NCBI RefSeq assembly: GCF_001447785.1
Contig: NW_015163615.1
Span: forward strand, 1,004,824-1,068,823
Reading direction: 5' to 3'
DNA: 64,000 nt
Origin: Gekko japonicus
Taxonomy: Eukaryota
The notes beneath the pieces were generated by a model. That model had not been told where the DNA came from and did no database searches. It saw only the letters and a program-made list of their open reading frames with translations. The position numbers and the translations under genes are program-made. This document shows positions 12,401 to 33,275 of the stretch, one piece after another. Numbering within the stretch: position 1 is the first letter of the stretch; the number at the start of each line of letters is the position of its first letter.

Positions 12401-15400
12401 TAAAGTTACCTCTATTGCCAGAGATATTCTTATTGAATATGATTCCAGATGAAATTAAAAAACACAATCATATAATCATTTATATCATAACGGCGGCAAG
12501 AATCTTAATTGCAAAAAGATGGAAAACTAATATACTACCCCCAATAAAAGAATTAAAAAATAAGATCTTGGAAATAGCAGAGATGGATAGAGTAAACATG
12601 GAATTAAAACAGAAACCAGAAAATAAGTACTGGGAAAAGTGGGAAGGAATATATAAATGGCTGAGGATAAGGAGGATTAGTCTTAATGAGAGCTAGGCTA
12701 GCCAGAATAGGGAAATGAGAAAGATTTAAGCGTAAAGCACTATTTAACGCAATGTAATAGATGAAACTATGTTATTTGAAGAATAGTGATGGAAACTATA
12801 TTTTGTTTTGAAATATGTATTGAATAATGTTAAGTGGTGTGAACTAATTGTAAAAACTGAATAAATAGAGTCTTAAAAAAAAGACATTGTCATCTCACTA
12901 CAGAACAACTGTTTAGTTTTAACTGCTGCGTGACAGGCAAAATTCTAGCAGGTAAAACCTTCACTGACATGGAGGTTATAGTGATAGTGCTGTTCACCAT
13001 CTTCATTTCTGCTAGGGCTTTTGTGTCTTTAGCAGCAGTATTAGCAGCAGAATTAGCAATTAGAAGGAAAAACTTGATTTGCTGTTTGTCATGCAGGTGT
13101 TAAAGCTGTTTGCAGCATCAAAGAGATTTCTGTTTGTCACACTATCGTTAAGGCACAGGAATGCAAACAGAAAAATGTTAGCCACCCTAAATGGCAGGAA
13201 AAGTTACTCTTGTTGAATTTTTGGTCTGACCTTTTTATTTAATGTCACAGCTTCTATCAATTAAAAATGTGATAGTCTCACTACATTCCAACAGTTAGCT
13301 AAGAAATATATAGCCAGCCATGCACTGAGCCCATGAAATACATGTACTGCCCATTCAATAAACAATTGAGAGATACTACGTCCATTCTCATTCATTCAAG
13401 AATAAAATAAATGGACAGGAAGCATTGAGGAACATTTAGAAAAAACATACCTCAGTGCACACACAAGCACCCCATCCTAAACATACATAACAGGGACAAA
13501 AACATGGTAGCTCATTCAATCAACATAGTTATGCCTCCCTCAGACAGGCCTAAGCTGTTCTTTTTGGTGACAACAGGCATAGAACCACAAAAACACAAGG
13601 CCTGTCAAGCACCTGGCAGGCCACAATAGACAGATGGTTAGCCACAAATTGAGTTGGCCTAGGGAAGCTTCAAAACAAGCAGGAAGCTACATTAATAGGT
13701 TTCAAAAATCAGAACAAGACCCTTTCCCCTACCCCAACATCCAGAAGAATAGATATCTTTCCACTGTTTCCCCAGAACGTCCCAGTTTCACTGGGGACTA
13801 CTGCTTATAGAACAAAATGTCTAAAGAAACAACCAGTTTGGCATTCTTGTTACGTTTAATTCAATTTTTGTTCTTCACGGTCTCAGTACTAATATATAAA
13901 CATTTCACAGGCTCCAATTTATTTTTCTTAAGGGTTTGCACAATCCTTATAACATTTGCTGTAAACTCTGTAAAAGAATACCACAAAAGAGTGAAGTGTA
14001 GAACTAATAAGCAGAATCCACTTAACAATGAGAACTTCTTACTACAACTGGACTCAAAGTGGCTGTGGCTCCCTCACTTTCAGTTCTCTGCTGGCATTCC
14101 CCAGAACTGCTTTTCTCTTTGAAGCTACTCAAAGACCACATCCATAAAAAGAGATGCACAACACAAAGATGATAATAAGTAGAGCCTGAAATGTAACAGA
14201 CAGGAGCTAGATTGATAAAATAGCTTAGTTGTGTCTCTGACAAAAGAAATCACCAGAAAAAACAAAATGTCTAAGTAGGTGATGAATTGGTGCAACAGTG
14301 TACATTTAAGAAAAAAAGACAAGCAAAATGCATAACAATAAAGAGGCAACATAATAGCCAGAAGAGTAATGATGCAAGTCTTCTGTCCAAACTAGTGAAA
14401 TTAGTTTTTTACATGAAGGGATAGGCTTTTAAATATGAAAAATTCCAGAGGGAAACATAAATGGTGACAGATCAAGGGTTGCAATGTAAATGGCTCCCTC
14501 TTCAGGACTGGATTACAGATACAAAAAAAAAATGCTGGTGTGCAAGCATTTTAAACCTCCCTCTACTTAGAACAGCACAGAGGGGTAAAGTGGGGGTTTA
14601 TAGTGGGAGAAGTGAACCAACAAAAACTGCTGTCCCTTCTTAAAGAAACTTAAGTGCCCTTGTGTCTTTGAATGTGTGGCTGGATACAGGCCATAACCCA
14701 CCAAAGAAGACTATAATAAAAGACTTGCTTTATACCAATTTCATTCTGTCTTTCTCCGTCTTTCAACGTAATTCCCACTGCCTTGAGGAGCTGTCCAAAA
14801 ACACTGTTGTTCTCTACAACGCCATCTTGTGGAATTGTGTTTTTCTTAACAGAGATCCGAGACTTCTTCGTTTCTAAAACAGAAAAGTTGCTAGAATAAG
14901 AGAAAAAAATCTCAACCAACTAATATGAATCATGCTTCTTAATACAAGAAACTGATATAAAAAGTACTTTTTATATCACCATCTGAGGTCCATGGCAACT
15001 TTTAGTGGTTATTCTACAATATGTAATCCCATTCATTTAATCAGTGGGCTATGTATCGTAGGTCAACTGTTAAGAATGGTCTGGACACTATAGGGCACAA
15101 AATACACAATTCTCAATTACTTGAGTGGTTTGTAGATTGTAGTCCAAATTTCTAAAATCACCAAATTTTATGTTATCACCAAATGTTATACTTCTACTGG
15201 TCCAGAACGCAGCTACTAGTCCAGAATGCAGCTGCACAGGTCCTTACGGGAACCCCCTTGAGAGTGCATACAACCTGTGCTCCATCAGCTGTGCTGGCTC
15301 CAGACTGAATACCTAATCAAGTTCAAGGTTCTGGTACTTACCTTCAAAGCCCTAAATGGCCTGGGACCATCATATCTGTGGGACCACCTCTCCCTATATA

Positions 15401-16242
15401 CCCCTCAGAGAGCATTACGCTGGCAGTTCTGGTCCCAAAATGGTCCAGCTGTTTTTTTGGCCCTGGACCCAGCCTGGTGGAACTCTCTTCCTAGTGAGAT
15501 CCGGGCCCTATGGGACTTGGCTCAGTTCTGGAGGACCTGTAAGACTGAGATGCTGAGAACAGCGATGGCTAGAGAGATCAGTGGCCTCTCAGATTTTCCT
15601 CCCCTACCCTTTCTATTCTCCACTCAGATGCCATCTGATAATGCTGAAGTTTAACTGTACTGTGTGTATTTTATTGTTTTATTATTGTATGTATTTATTA
15701 TGCATTGCTATACTGTGTGTTGTATACCGCTCTGAGTCCTGCTTGTGAGAAATGGGCAGGATAGAAATGGTAATAATAATAATAATCTATGGAGTTTTAA
15801 AGTACCTAAACATCAAGCATGACTGAGCCCTAAAATTTTATATACAATAGCTCTTGCTTGTGATAATATTATATACATCTATGCAGGAAGCATAAGATAC
15901 AGATGTATAGATTCAGCCATTCCCATGAATTGCAATAAATGACTTTTTGAAAAGCATGAAACATTGTTCCCCCAGGATGGTCATTTGCATTAATATATTA
16001 CTCCTTTGGAAATTTTCTCTATGAGCCTTCATGCATTCAGTGCTGCTAGCTATTGAGGAAATTGTTTTCCAGAGCTGAGACACATCAATAGAGAACATCT
16101 CTCTGCATGCTCTAGTTGCTGGTGTTTAGGATCAGAGGAATTCCAAGCAGTAGAAAGGGTGCTTGCTTTACGTACTTGGGGACTTTTCTAATAGATTTTC
16201 TCCATGGGCTGCAGACTTGGAAAACCTCCGCCTTGAAGCCAT
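372..16242 (-). CDS. FANCD2: FANCD2 (Fanconi anemia group D2), N-terminal 11 coding exons; gene continues past the left edge
   Basis: Exons 16242-16176, 14873-14736, 11844-11777, 9750-9647, 8778-8715, 7766-7714, 6572-6494, 5571-5447, 2382-2295, 1263-1159 and 457-~372 splice in phase with GT-AG ends. They give [10 protein letters not shown]...[11 protein letters not shown]...[29 protein letters not shown]...[26 protein letters not shown]...[14 protein letters not shown]...[17 protein letters not shown]...[12 protein letters not shown]...[13 protein letters not shown]...[11 protein letters not shown], matching recalled vertebrate FANCD2. Confidence 0.96.
1159..1263 (-). CDS. FANCD2: FANCD2 coding exon 10
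   Basis: [35 protein letters not shown]; 105 nt. Confidence 0.93.
1463..1785 (+). mobile_element. Non-autonomous Helitron-like element
   Basis: Begins A|TC, ends in a GC hairpin (1757-1773) plus CTTG|T, no TSD, inserted at AT; second copy at 26575. Confidence 0.7.
2295..2382 (-). CDS. FANCD2: FANCD2 coding exon 9
   Basis: [29 protein letters not shown]; 88 nt. Confidence 0.93.
2597..3131 (+). mobile_element. Solo LTR (about 535 bp) inserted into a SINE
   Basis: TGTCATG...CGTGACA termini; near-identical flanks GGGACC/GGAACC; splits a minus-strand tRNA SINE (2555-2596 plus 3132-3312). Confidence 0.7.
3132..3312 (-). mobile_element. tRNA-derived SINE (Squam3/CORE-like), 5' part
   Basis: A box TGGTGTAGTGG, B box GGTTCAAATCC, core GTGACCTTGGGCA. 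Confidence 0.75.
4021..4273. mobile_element. Palindromic MITE, Tc1/mariner-like (TA TSD)
   Basis: TA flanks at 4019-20 and 4274-75; terminal inverted repeats; 66-bp inner arms centred on GGTACC (4141/4142). Confidence 0.75.
5447..5571 (-). CDS. FANCD2: FANCD2 coding exon 8
   Basis: [41 protein letters not shown]; 125 nt. Confidence 0.94.
6494..6572 (-). CDS. FANCD2: FANCD2 coding exon 7
   Basis: [26 protein letters not shown]; 79 nt. Confidence 0.93.
7714..7766 (-). CDS. FANCD2: FANCD2 coding exon 6
   Basis: [17 protein letters not shown]; 53 nt, gtgag donor. Confidence 0.92.
8197..8523. mobile_element. hAT-like MITE (TAGGGTTGCCA-type ends), degenerate
   Basis: TAGGGTTGCTAG...CCTGGCAACC; related copies at about 40777-41055 and 41249-41440. 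Confidence 0.55.
8715..8778 (-). CDS. FANCD2: FANCD2 coding exon 5
   Basis: [21 protein letters not shown]; 64 nt, gtaag donor. Confidence 0.9.
9107..9460 (-). mobile_element. Sauria SINE
   Basis: (AAAGGT)n tail, BovB-like 3' segment CAGTCGAGTCTGACTCT, tRNA head; 8-bp TSD GCATAGGG (9099, 9461). Confidence 0.88.
9647..9750 (-). CDS. FANCD2: FANCD2 coding exon 4
   Basis: [34 protein letters not shown]; 104 nt. Confidence 0.93.
10847..11520 (-). mobile_element. Long CpG-rich chimeric SINE (Sauria-like head, unique body, L2-type tail)
   Basis: Head shares CTACTTGCAAT...GGTTGGC(A/G)GGAGCTGG...GCTCACTCC with the 9.3-kb Sauria SINE; tail TGTAAACCGCTCTGAGAC...(AAAT)n. Confidence 0.65.
11777..11844 (-). 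CDS. FANCD2: FANCD2 coding exon 3
   Basis: [23 protein letters not shown]; 68 nt. Confidence 0.92.
11884..12881 (+). mobile_element. 5'-truncated L1-clade LINE (ORF2 C-terminal Cys-rich region, ORF 11971-12696)
   Basis: YKWYWTP...CWRG...[10 protein letters not shown] motif, AATAAA plus A tail, perfect 21-bp TSD AGACATTGTCATCTCACTACA (11863-11883, 12882-12902). Confidence 0.92.
14736..14873 (-). CDS. FANCD2: FANCD2 coding exon 2
   Basis: [46 protein letters not shown]; 138 nt, AG/GT flanks. Confidence 0.92.
15195..15790 (+). mobile_element. L2 LINE 3' fragment
   Basis: LHQLCWL...[21 protein letters not shown]...[10 protein letters not shown], followed by an L2-type tail. Confidence 0.82.
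16176..16242 (-). CDS. FANCD2: FANCD2 first coding exon (ATG at 16242; exon acceptor at 16263)
   Basis: [22 protein letters not shown]; ctaacag acceptor, gtacg donor, phase 1. Confidence 0.88.
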
Positions 16243-17232
16243 GACAGCAGGCTCTGATGTACCCTGTTAGAAGAGATAAACAGCACAAAGATTATTATTT
16301 TTTAATTTCAGTTTCTGTGAATAATGTGTCATTGAGGGTAAATGATGAATATGAAACAATGTTCCAGTAACAGCAACTTGTCCTGTTTGAACCATGACAT
16401 TTATAAAAAATAAATATATGTGATTGGCAGAAGGGCCTGCCACAGGTGGTGTAGACAATTTACTACAGCAGGCTATATTGGTTATAAACCGCAAACAGTA
16501 CAGCAGCTTCTTATTTTAGACATGTATTATTAATGTGTGAATATATCTAAAAGTGTTCAACTTTGAAAAAAACAAATATACAGCTTCTAGGGAAAGTTTT
16601 GGCCCAGTAAATCATGCCCTGGTGCAGGAAACTGGGCTGATAATCCCATATCCCCACAGAGGTAATGATGAGTTTAGTATACTTACCATTTATTCAAGAT
16701 CTAGAAAGCTGCCTAGCATGCACAATCTTTGTGAAAACTCTGCAGTATAGTTAGAAGCTAGTTTCATTACCATGGATTACCCCATAGAACCCTGGAAATT
16801 GTATTGTTTATAAGGATACAAAAAATTTCCCTAGTCCTTTATTTTTTATTTATGTTGTTTACAGTCCACCTTTCTCACTTGGACTCAAGGTGGATTACAC
16901 AGAGTAAGTCAAAAGGAGGGGACATTCAGTAAACAATACAATAGGATTAGGGTTCTGGAACCACTCAGGAATCTAAAACAGAACTGAAGGAAAGCATAAC
17001 TATTATAGAAACACTGTTCGAAGTTCATTGGAAGGAAATCATGACAGTTAAATTTGATAATATAGATATGCAAACATGTTGCATTGTATTGATCAGTGTT
17101 GAGAACAACTATATGATTTAGTAAGAACTCTGATATATTAGATAGGCAAAGCAATGAATGAAACTGAAGCATTTTCCAATAATTTTATCTGATGCAGTGT
17201 TTTTATTCTCCTACCCAGTCTCCCCAATGGAA

Positions 17233-17775
17233 GGCCCCGGGCACACGGCCGGAAAATGCAGGGGGGAGGCGTGGGTGGCTAATTGCCCCGGAGGAAAATA
17301 ACGCGCGGCAGCCCGATCAGAAGTCCTTTCGAGGTCCCGTGGGTAGGCGTCAAGTGCAGATCAGATGGCTAGTCCGCAGCGTGGCAAAGAAGCAGCATGG
17401 CGCGTTCAAACCTACACTTGCGCCACGCTGCTCCTGTGACAGACGTACTTCCTGTTTGTGTGCATGTGCCGTTGGGCGCTTTCCCGCATCCTGTGGAAAC
17501 TTGGGGGGAAATCCCCTTGGTCGCGATGGAACATCGGCAGCCACCAGATGCCACGACAGTCCACCGGCAACGCGGTCAGACGCCCGCCCTTGCCCCGCGG
17601 TTTCCGGAAACTAGTACCTTGTAGGTACTAGTTTTTAACTCCGCACCTTCGGCGGGGAGCCACGGGTTCGCCATGGGAGCACTGTGCTTCCCAGATGTTG
17701 GGGTGTGATCGCGCCAGGAAAATCCGCGGGACTCCCGTGCCTCTCCCGTGGCAACTTTGCCGTGTGACAGGGGCT
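17233..17775. mobile_element. PIF/Harbinger-like MITE, CpG-rich
   Basis: 17-bp TIRs matching at 14/17 (GGCCCCGGGCACACGGC / GCCGTGTGACAGGGGCT), 3-bp TSD GAA, internal 12-bp inverted repeat 17608-17634. Confidence 0.7.
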
Positions 17776-18329
17776 GAAGTTTTCAACCAGAGGAACAATG
17801 GGTCTCTGACAGCCTCTGACTTCCTTATTGACACAAATGGGATGTGGCTTTTCTTTAACCACATCTGAAGTCACAGCTAAAGAATTAATACAGCGAGCCT
17901 TTTCCAAATACACACATTTTCCAACAAAATATTTTCAAACTGACTATTCAGTACAAGTTCTAGAACGGCCAGCCATGTTAGTCTGCTGCAGTAAAAATAA
18001 CAAATAAGCAATAAGCTTTCATGAGTGAGTTCTCAGTTGAAAATAGCTCTGGCTCACAAAAAGGTTATGCAATAATGAACACGTTAGTTTTTAAGAGGCC
18101 ACAGTTCTCCCCCCCCCCCTGCAATCCTATGCAGACTTGGCCAAGATCAGCCCCCACAAAAAAAAATATATTATTAGAATTTGAGCATAAACAACTCTCC
18201 ACATGATTGCAGGGTCACTGTAACATCCTAAGCCTTTACTTGGAAGTAAAGCATCCCTTGAATTAACGGGACATATTCTTGTGTAAGCGGGCCTTAGGAT
18301 GACAGCCGTTCACCCCAATGCTACTGAAC

Positions 18330-18730
18330 ACACGCGCAGCCCTCGCCACTTAAACGAAGCCCTAGCGAGCACCAGGGAAGGCTTCTAGTGGCTACGGACA
18401 ATCCTGTCCCTCTCTTCCCTTCAGCACACACAACCTCCGCCCTGCCTGCTCAGCCCTTACCGTCAGCTCACAGCTAAAGGCGCCCTCTTCCCTCTCTCAA
18501 ATGATCCCGCCAAGCGTAAACTGAGGGCGCATCGCGATGACCTCATCAGGCTCGTGACGACCGCACTGCCGGGCGCTCCGTAAAGGTGTCAGTCGTCACG
18601 CCCGGAAGGGTGAAGTGGGACCAGGCCAGCTTGAAGGGATGAGGTAAGAAACGGTAACCGGGCTTTTGCGTGTCCCCCCCCGTGAAAGGAGGCGACAGAC
18701 GGAGTTCCTTTCCTCTCCGTCGCCTTTCTT
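18330..18730. promoter_or_regulatory. CpG-rich bidirectional promoter shared by FANCD2 (minus) and EMC3 (plus), including putative non-coding first exons
   Basis: CpG-dense. Minus-strand donor ACG|gtaagg (exon end 18461) and plus-strand donor GAG|gtaaga (exon end 18643). E2F/CDE-CHR-like TTGGCGGG-atca-TTTGAG (minus, 18496-18513), ETS-like CCGGAAG 18602-18608, CRE half-sites 18553-18561 and 18592-18600. Confidence 0.8.
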
Positions 18731-19059
18731 AGAAGGGTTTTGTGCTGATGCATTTTCTCCGCTCCTCCTTAACCCTTAAGATGAGAAGTGCCGGGGCTCA
18801 GGCCTGGAAGTCCTTAATTCCGGTACGTGAAGGCCGGCTGTGATTATTTCATAGTAAGGACGAGACGTTTTATCTCAGAGAACCTGCCTGTGAGTTTTGT
18901 TTCATGTGTCCAGGCGCTGAGCCCTAACTTTAAAAATAGGTTTTGGGAGCTAAGCTGTCGTTCAAAAGAAACAAGTCTTTCTATTCAACTAAAGTATTAA
19001 TAGAAACTATACACTTTCACCTTGTTCTCTGTAAAGTGATGTTGTACATTTGAATTTTC

Positions 19060-21035
19060 CTCTATTGAATACCTCTGTCCAGAACTACCACTTAAGGAGA
19101 CAGTGGTACATCCTCTCTTGAAAAAAAACATTCTTTGATCTGGCCGAATTGGCTAACTACCAGTCAGTTTCCAATCTGCTCTATTTTGGCAAATTGTGGT
19201 GGCGATTCAGTTGCAGGGTTTTTTGGATGACACCTCTGCATTAGACCCCTTCCAATCCAGCTTGGTCAGTTTGGTGCAGTGGTTAAGTGTGCGGACTCTA
19301 ATCTGGGAGAACCGGGTTTGATTCCCCACTCCTCCACTTGCACCTGCTGATGTGACCTTGGGTCAGTCCCAAGCTCTGGCACAGCTGTCCTTGAAAAAGA
19401 GCAGTTTGTGTCAGAGTTCTCTCAGCCCCACCCACCTCACAGGATGTCTTTTGTGGGGAGGGGAAGGGAGAGGAGTTTGTAAGCCGCTCTGAGACTCCAA
19501 GTGAAGGGCGGGGTATAAATCCAATCTCTTCTTCTTCTTCCCACCAGGCCATGGGACAGAGACAGCACTGGTCAGCCTCATGTATGATCTTCGGAGGCAT
19601 CTGGATCAGGGCGGCTTGGCTGTATTGCTGTTGTTAGACCTGTTGGCGGTGTTCAACATGGTCAACCACCAACTACTGGCCTGCTGTCTCACTGACATGG
19701 GGATTCAGGGGTCTGCCTTACAGTGGCTCTCCTCATTTCTTCAAGGTTGGGGACAAAGGGTGGCCATTGGAGAGCAGCTGTCCCAAAGGCACCCACTAGT
19801 CTGCGGGGTGCCCCAAGGTGCAGTGCTTTCCCTGATGTTATTGAACATCTATATGCGCCCCCTTGCCCAGATTGCATGGAGCCATGGGCTGGATTGTCAT
19901 CAGTATGCAGGTGACACCCAGCTCCATCTGTTGTTGGGTGGCCAGTCTGACTCTAGGCCAGAAGATCTGGACCTGGCGTTGAAAAGCATAGCTGGTTGGC
20001 TTAGACTGAGTCAATTGAAATTGAATCCGACGAAGACGGAGGTCCTGTGTCTGAATCGGAGTGGTCCAAGGGTAGGGATCCCACTCCCGACTTTCGATGA
20101 GGCGCCGTTGGTGCCAGCATCAGAGATTGGGAGTCTGGCAGTGCTCCTGGATGCCTTCTTAACAATGGAGGCCCAGATAGCAGCTGCCGCGAAGTCAGCC
20201 TTTTATCATCTCCAGCTGATGAGGCAGTTGATTCCCTTCCTTGAATGCAATGACCTGGCAACAGTGATCCATGTAATGATCACCTTGAGATTAAATTACT
20301 GTAATGCTCTCTACATGGGGCCACCCTTGTCCCAAATCCAGAAGCTGCAGCTGGTGCAGAATGTGGTGACCAGGCTGTTGTTGGGACTCCCCATGTGGGA
20401 GTACATCCGGCCCGCGCTAAAAGCTCTACACTGGCTGCCTATAGCATATGGAATTTGGTTCAAGGTGTTGGTACTTACTTTTAAAGCCCTATATGGTCAG
20501 GAACCTACATACCTAAGGGAGCATGTTCCCCAGAGAGCACTACGATTGGGATCCCAAAACTGCCTGGCTCTGCCAAGCCCCAGAGAAGCCAGGCTGGCTG
20601 TGATAAGGGCCAGGGCCCTCTCAGTGCCAGCTCCGCACTGGTGGAATAAGCTCCCGGATGACATCAGGGCCCTGTGGGACCTTTTACAGTTCTGCAAGGC
20701 CTGCAAGATGAAGCGCTTCCACCAGGCCTTCGATTAAGGAGCCACACTATATAATTGAGGCCTTGGCCCCAATATTTACACCATCATCAATATTAATTTC
20801 AATATTAACACCATTATAAACAGCCGGATGTAACCCACACTACGCTAGCAGCCGATTGTTTGTACTGTTGAATACTGCTCATGCCTGCCATCATATATGA
20901 ATCATCTTAGTTCTAGCACTTTATATGTTTTATGTATATATTATTATGATTTTAGTTAAATTTGTTTTAGTTGTGCAATAACCTTTGTAAGCTTCCCTGG
21001 GCCTGCTTTGGTGGGGAGGGCGGGGTAAATAAAAG
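19060..21035 (+). mobile_element. L2 LINE, 5'-truncated, with 385-aa RT-containing ORF (19580-20737)
   Basis: LLLLDL.AVF, GVPQGAVLS, HQYAGDTQL (YADD degenerate), [26 protein letters not shown]; L2-type tail at about 20985-21035. Confidence 0.9.
19264..19540 (+). mobile_element. Squam3-like tRNA SINE nested in the L2
   Basis: CAGTTTGGTGCAGTGGTTAAG head, GGTTTGATTCC B box, (CTT)n tail; near-identical to 22825-23121. Confidence 0.85.
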
Positions 21036-21471
21036 ATATAAAACCATCGTATACTACACTAGTTAACCAGTGCCTACAATAAAAAGAGACAAAGGACCAC
21101 AAGAAATATCGGCAAACGTTACAGTACCCCTGGCCAATGGGACCCCCCAAGATATGAACCTGCTCCTTAAAGGGGAGAGCAACCCCATCCAAAACATGAG
21201 CTATCCTAGTTCCTGGGTCCAGTCTTTACTCTGGAATGACTCCTATGAATGTCAGGTGTTTAGTGTTGAATTGGAAAGCTTTAGCAGTTTAGAGCAGAAA
21301 ACATCCCTTGAAATAAGGAACACCTACTTGGCAACACTCCAGGTGGCTTGGAACAGTGTAAAGCAATTAAACTTGTTCTTGTTGGCTAGATGAAGTAGTC
21401 CTTACATCACACTTTGTATTTCTCTAGATATTAAAGATTGGACTGATACGTATGACCAGAATTATATTTAA

Positions 21472-30893
<9,422 letters not shown>

Positions 30894-33275
30894 GCTGGTT
30901 TAGTAGCTGGTGTTAAATTGGTTATGTACAGTGTATTCTGATGGTCAGAATAAACAGAATCAGAACTTCTGTGAGCTGTGTAGCTACAGGAGATTTTTGC
31001 TTCTCCTCTGATGTCTTCTTTTATTACAGCTCAGGTGTGTTGGAAACTGACAGGATGAGCCTGGTTAGAACATAAATGACTAACTTGGAACCATTTATCA
31101 GGCTTAATAATAAGGCTGCAATGTGTACTTGGTTGATTTTTTTTTTTTTACAATATAAAGTTAACATAAGTACTGGCAGATGCCTTCTTAGAAGAGGCAT
31201 TATTTCCTATCTCCCATAGAAGGGAGTACCTCCTCTGGGTGCATGCATCATCTAGAACCAAAGGGTGCTTTTTCCCCTTCAGAACTGTTTTATTTATATG
31301 TAAAATAAATGGCTAAGCTGTCTTTAATAGATTGGGAGTCTAATTTATTAAAATGGCATTTATAATCTCAGCAGAATTGGATATGGAAAGATGATTATTA
31401 GAATGGACCAACTGCTAATCTAAAAACATTCCTAGCCTTTTACATTAATATTTCTTTAAAATACTGGTACAGGAGTCAGTCATGGTCTTTCATACAGGGC
31501 TCAGCATTGCTCCTTAAGCACAATACCTTCTCTACCTTGTAGAATTGCTCAGCCTTGAATTTAGATGGAAGAGTTCCCAGGGACTGATTCTGGTAAAGCT
31601 TGAGACCAGTCCCTCTCATTTTAGAAGCTGAGCATTGATTTCTATCATCATTTATCTGAAATCAATTTAAAATGCCTTTGGGCTTAGATTTCTTTGACTT
31701 TGGAATTTGATAGGAATGTCAGTCAAATAGGCTAGACCAAAGGGAAATCCTTTTTTTATTAAGAAATGTTTTTGTCTTTGGAAAGCAGGCATAAAATTTT
31801 ATTCTTATTGCTCCCTAAGGGAAGGAGCAGCTGAATTCTCAAAATGTAACCTAAGTTGCTTGTATGTGAGTTGTATGTCATTGCATTTTTGAGGCTCATA
31901 CATGAAAGCAAAAGAATGCACATTCTTTCAATACATAATGCCAGAACTAGGTTGACTGAATAAAAAACTTGTTCTTCTGTATCAAACAAAAGAAGAGTGG
32001 CTGTGTCAGTTGTCAAACATGTTGACAGTTAAATGATGCAAACAAACAAAAAAACACTTTTTCACTTTAACAGATGAATGTTTTGAAGAATAGCATTTAG
32101 CTTCTGTTAAGTTCTGTTTTTATGCGTACCAAAGAGAACTGTTTTAAACTGTCTTGCAAATGGTTAAGGGTTGTATGTTATTAACATATTACATTGAAGT
32201 ACATAACATTGAGCTCAGTGGGGTCCTTGAAAAGCTACCCAACCATTATCTGCATCTCTTAAAACACAGAGCACCTATGAAGAACTTTACCACTTTCACT
32301 GATTCTTCTTAGAGGGACAAACTATGGATTGAAATGCTTTAAAAAGAACACTGCAACAACAGAACAGATTTCCCTCCAAGGGTAACCATCATATTTTCTA
32401 ATTCCAGAAAAGCAAGAAGACAATTTCAAATCTCACCCATTCCTAATTCAATTTATAATGGAAGCTTTAGTCATTGGACCTCTGTTGTGAATGATGTGTT
32501 TTGTACAACTGCTTTCCCACTAACTCATGAGATTTCTTCTCTTTGAGTGGATTTGCATGGAAAGGCCCTGAGTGAATGTAGCTTCCCTACACAGGATGCC
32601 CTTAAGCATAATCCTCACAAGTCATCCTTGGGATTCTGTTGGGGCAACAACCTGGAAATTTGGTTTCAAGATGCTTCTGACTTATCCTATATCTTAATAT
32701 AATCAGTAATTCTTGCTCTTGAATTGTTAATGGTTGAATCTAAACTCCTCTTGGAAGGGTACTTGCATGCACGTGAAAGAAAGGACGTGATCACCAACTG
32801 TTCTTAAGGGGCCTCAGCCCCTCAGGTGTGGCTTTTTGAGGAGAACAAGTGGAACAGCAGGATCAAGTCTGCACTGGAACTCTGTCATTGTTTCTTGGCT
32901 CCTACCCATATGTTCTTTTCTGTAGAGTCCAGCACATGTGACAATGTTATTTTCGCACTTGTAATAAGATAACTAAATATCCATGGCTTTGTGAAAATCC
33001 ATAATGGTATAGGCAATTGCTTAATATCAGACTCCTTGTTGTATTCCTTGTCGTGAAACACAACCAAGGGACAACACCTAACTGATACTATTTTTTCTAA
33101 TAGTTGCCCTGACTGAAAACTCATTGGTGGCCTATAGGAAAAATACATGGCTTCATGCAAGTTTTTTAATCATTCATTTTAATGGTACATCTTGCCCCAA
33201 ACAGGAGTTTCCATGGTTCAGAAGTACTGCTTATTATCAATTTTTTTAAATAGTTCACACCTTGCACCAGCTTAC

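Noticed and set aside
19264-19335. tRNA gene (also 3240-3312, 23050-23121, 48975-49047)
   Set aside because: A/B boxes belong to multi-copy SINEs; no proper cloverleaf.
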